Origin: Bilabrum cf. latius
Lineage: Eukaryota
DNA length: 64,000 bases
Direction of reading: 5' to 3'
NCBI GenBank assembly: GCA_965178125.1
Contig: OZ237750.1
Location: 992,001 to 1,056,000 of the forward strand
A program made the translations under genes and the position numbers. This document shows, piece after piece, positions 61,611-64,000 of this stretch (position 1 is its first letter; every line of letters begins with the position of its first letter). The notes under the pieces were generated by a model, which was not told where the DNA came from, searched no databases, and worked only from the letters and a program-made list of their open reading frames with translations.

Positions 61611-63144
61611 CCGCATCCTCAGGTTGTGGGCCAGGGTGCTTGTCCGGCACCTGCCTGCGCCCAGCACGCTGGTCCTCGTCGGCAGACTTACCCTTTGGGT
61701 CCTGCACGGGATTGAATCGCACCATCGCGCCCCCAGCTCCACTCGCCAGGACAAAGCCACTCATCCCTGCAGTAGAGGATCCAGTACCCCCTTGCCGTCG
61801 AGGAGGGAGCTACTCGTCCGCCTGAGCAGAATCAGGGCCAGGGCCAGGACCAGGACCAGTGGCCTGCGGGTGCACCGTCAGGGTTGTGGGGGGGCGTTCT
61901 CCAGTAGCGCTCCTCGACTGTTCTCTACCTTCCTTGCTCTTTCCCTAGGGATCGGATCCTTGTTTACCCAGTGCATGTCCCCCGCTTGTTGTACTGCTGC
62001 GGCCTCTCAGGTGCACTGCGGCCACGGCTCGCGCTGCCTCCAAAATGCTGCCGTCCCAGCTGTGTCGTCGCACCAGCCCACGAGCACTGTGCCTCTGCCT
62101 ATCACCTGTGGTCTATCCTCTGCCATGACTATCCACCCCATCTCCACCCTTGCCTCCTACACCCGTGGGGTCCTCGTCCTCGTCCTCGTCCTTGTCATCA
62201 CCTGTCTCTTCATCCGATGGATACCCCCTGCCTGGCAAGAACCCAGTGGCCCGAAGCCTGGCTTCTCTCGACAGCATGGGGGTCAGCAATGCAAGCGAGG
62301 TGTGCGCGCTCCATGCGCTCCGCACCGAGGATTCCTCCCAGCTCGGGGCCCGCAGCTACCGGGGGGTGTCTGCTGCAGTAGCAGTTGCAGTAGCAGTGGC
62401 AGCTGCAGGCCCGGAGATAGAGGCAGTGGCAGTGGCTGGAGTATTGCTGGATGCATGGTCCTGCTTGCTGTCAGATGCACTTGCGCTTGCAATTGCACTC
62501 AAGCTGGCCAGCGTGGGGGGGACCCCGAGCTGGGGCGAGCTGCGCGTTCGCACCCCAATTGCCCCAGGGCTGTTTCCGCCGCTGCGGCTGCCTCGGGACC
62601 TGGGCGGGGTGCGGGCGGGGCTATGCCCGGTGTTTGCCTGCAATAGCTGCTCTAGTCGAGCAGCGTGCTGCTTTGAGCTCCTTGCGCGGGCTGGTGAACG
62701 CCGGACTTCCCAGGCAATGGACCGTCGTTCGCGCGGAGATCGTGATGGCGAACCGGGCTCACTGCCAGCGCGACGACCCGGGGATGATTCTGGTGTCATT
62801 TCATGAATTTGAGACGCACTGCCCGCTGCATAGCTGCCACTTTCAGCGCTGTCCACGCGGACCAGTCGTTCCTGAAGAGAGGCGAAGTCTGCACGAGCTG
62901 CCTCTAGAGCATCAATGGCTGTGCGGGTCTTCGCAATATCGCTCTCGAACTCGCATAACGTATAAAGCTCTTCAATTGATCTGCGTTGGGAAACTTTTTG
63001 GCTCTTGAGATTCACAGTGCTCCATTGAATGCGCGCACAATTCGAAATCGTAGGGAGCACTCACCTGTCCATATTTCTGAACGTTGACGACCACAGTTTC
63101 CGTCTAAATGTATGAGACCGGTCATCAGAATCATGCTGACTCAT
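54574..63144 (-). CDS. SCAPER: SCAPER-like protein (S-phase cyclin A-associated ER protein), about 2830 aa
   Basis: Intron 62981-63064 rebuilds LWSSTFRNMDRSIEELYTLCEFESD (SCAPER_N-like). SIAWEVRRSP, LHAKLSSPTR and a coiled coil follow. One frame is open across 17 TAGs to TGA 54574. Confidence 0.8.
61395..61615. repeat. (ACCCGC/ACCCTC/ACCCAC)n hexamer microsatellite encoding GE/GA/GV dipeptides in SCAPER
   Basis: Direct inspection. Confidence 0.9.
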
Positions 63145-63312
63145 CGAAATGACCACGATACGAGCCGCAGGCGTGGATCCGAGGACAGAGCAAGTCGAAC
63201 GTTCCATCCAAGCGAGTTGCCGTTGCGAGGCACTGCGCAAATGCCAGACCAGAGGACCCAATGCAGGTAGAGGCCTGGTATTTCAAAGATCTTTGCAACC
63301 AATAAAGAAACC

Positions 63313-64000
63313 ATGAGAAGGGAAGCACGTATGTTGGCCACTAGAGGAAGTCCAGCAAACGAAGACTAGTAGTACAGCTCAATCCAACTGCAGCTTGAAC
63401 GGGTGCGTGCGCAATTCAACCTGCCCGAGCAATCCGATTTGTTGCTATTCGGTAGAGCACTGGATGATGCCAGTGATGCTGCCGCGCAAGTTGAAGCGCC
63501 GAAGGCTCGCGTATCGGTGCTTGGCGTGGTGCCGGCCTATGTGGCTCGAAGACGGAAGGAGCTAGCTGCAGGGGCCTCATCGAATGGAAGAGTTGCACGT
63601 GGGAAACGGCTTCAACCAGACAAAGTACCGCATAACCTTCTCACTGATGCTGCGGCCCAGACCATGGTTGGTTTGTCAACTGCACTGAAGCGAGCGAATG
63701 CTGGAACCTCATCTCTTCAAGAGTCTGCCATGCGCCAGGCCGCCTCCAAGCATGGCCATCGCGTTGAAACTCTGCACGAGTCTGCCATCGAAATGGCAGC
63801 TCGACCGGCCTCATCCTTAGCGGCTAGAAGCAGGACTGCCAGAGTCGGGTCGCGAGGCAGAGCTCCCATTGACCCGTCCCCAGCGAGTGCAGTCCTGGCG
63901 TCCATGCATGCGGCCCATCGCATCGGCGTCTGGCAGGCGGAAAGCCCAGCCCCAGGCGGAAGGGTGGCCGGCGCATCGCTCACTGGCAGGCCCGCCACGG
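63313..64000 (+). CDS. 5' part of a hypothetical protein running off the window
   Basis: ATG 63313/63331; tandem TAG TAG at 63367-63372, then open to the window end. Head-to-head with SCAPER. Confidence 0.55.

Noticed and set aside
63717-63998. Minus-strand 93-aa ORF
   Set aside because: Antisense to a longer plus-strand frame open from 63313 to the window end.
54-64000. Mass pseudogenisation or sequencing error as the cause of broken ORFs
   Set aside because: Interruptions are specifically TAG, preserve the frame and fall at Gln-compatible sites; most catalytic motifs are intact.
54-64000. Pyrrolysine decoding or a recoded phage/prokaryote
   Set aside because: Spliceosomal introns and eukaryote-specific genes (Arf, RhoGDI, UBXN11, TALE, SCAPER) are present, and TAG aligns to Gln.

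Overview
Compact, GC-rich, intron-poor eukaryotic (protist-like) nuclear DNA with about 19 reconstructed protein-coding genes, one decayed kinase locus and several tandem arrays. No rRNA, tRNA, CRISPR or recognisable mobile element was seen. The main discovery is a non-standard nuclear genetic code. Almost every gene is broken into consecutive same-frame ORFs by TAG, and joining across TAG rebuilds full-length conserved proteins: an ethylene-receptor-like hybrid histidine kinase, UBXN11, RhoGDI, oligopeptidase B, a TALE homeoprotein, a CDF transporter, GH89/NAGLU, an iduronate-sulfatase-like enzyme, L-lactate permease and SCAPER. At conserved columns (sulfatase V*QAVCAPSR and TLP*AFKE) TAG corresponds to Gln. 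By hand I count about 70 in-frame TAGs and no in-frame TAA. Genes end in TGA, with one ending in TAA, so UAG=Gln appears decoupled from UAA=stop. Other highlights are a 21x50-bp amplification of coding sequence inside the GH89 gene that could be spliced out as a nascent intron, a WW-WW protein with a long AAKKAAEDEA helix that the ORF track largely misses, and a 1.7-kaa secreted protein with repeated S-Phi-L-Q motifs. Family calls come from recalled motifs; no database searches were run.
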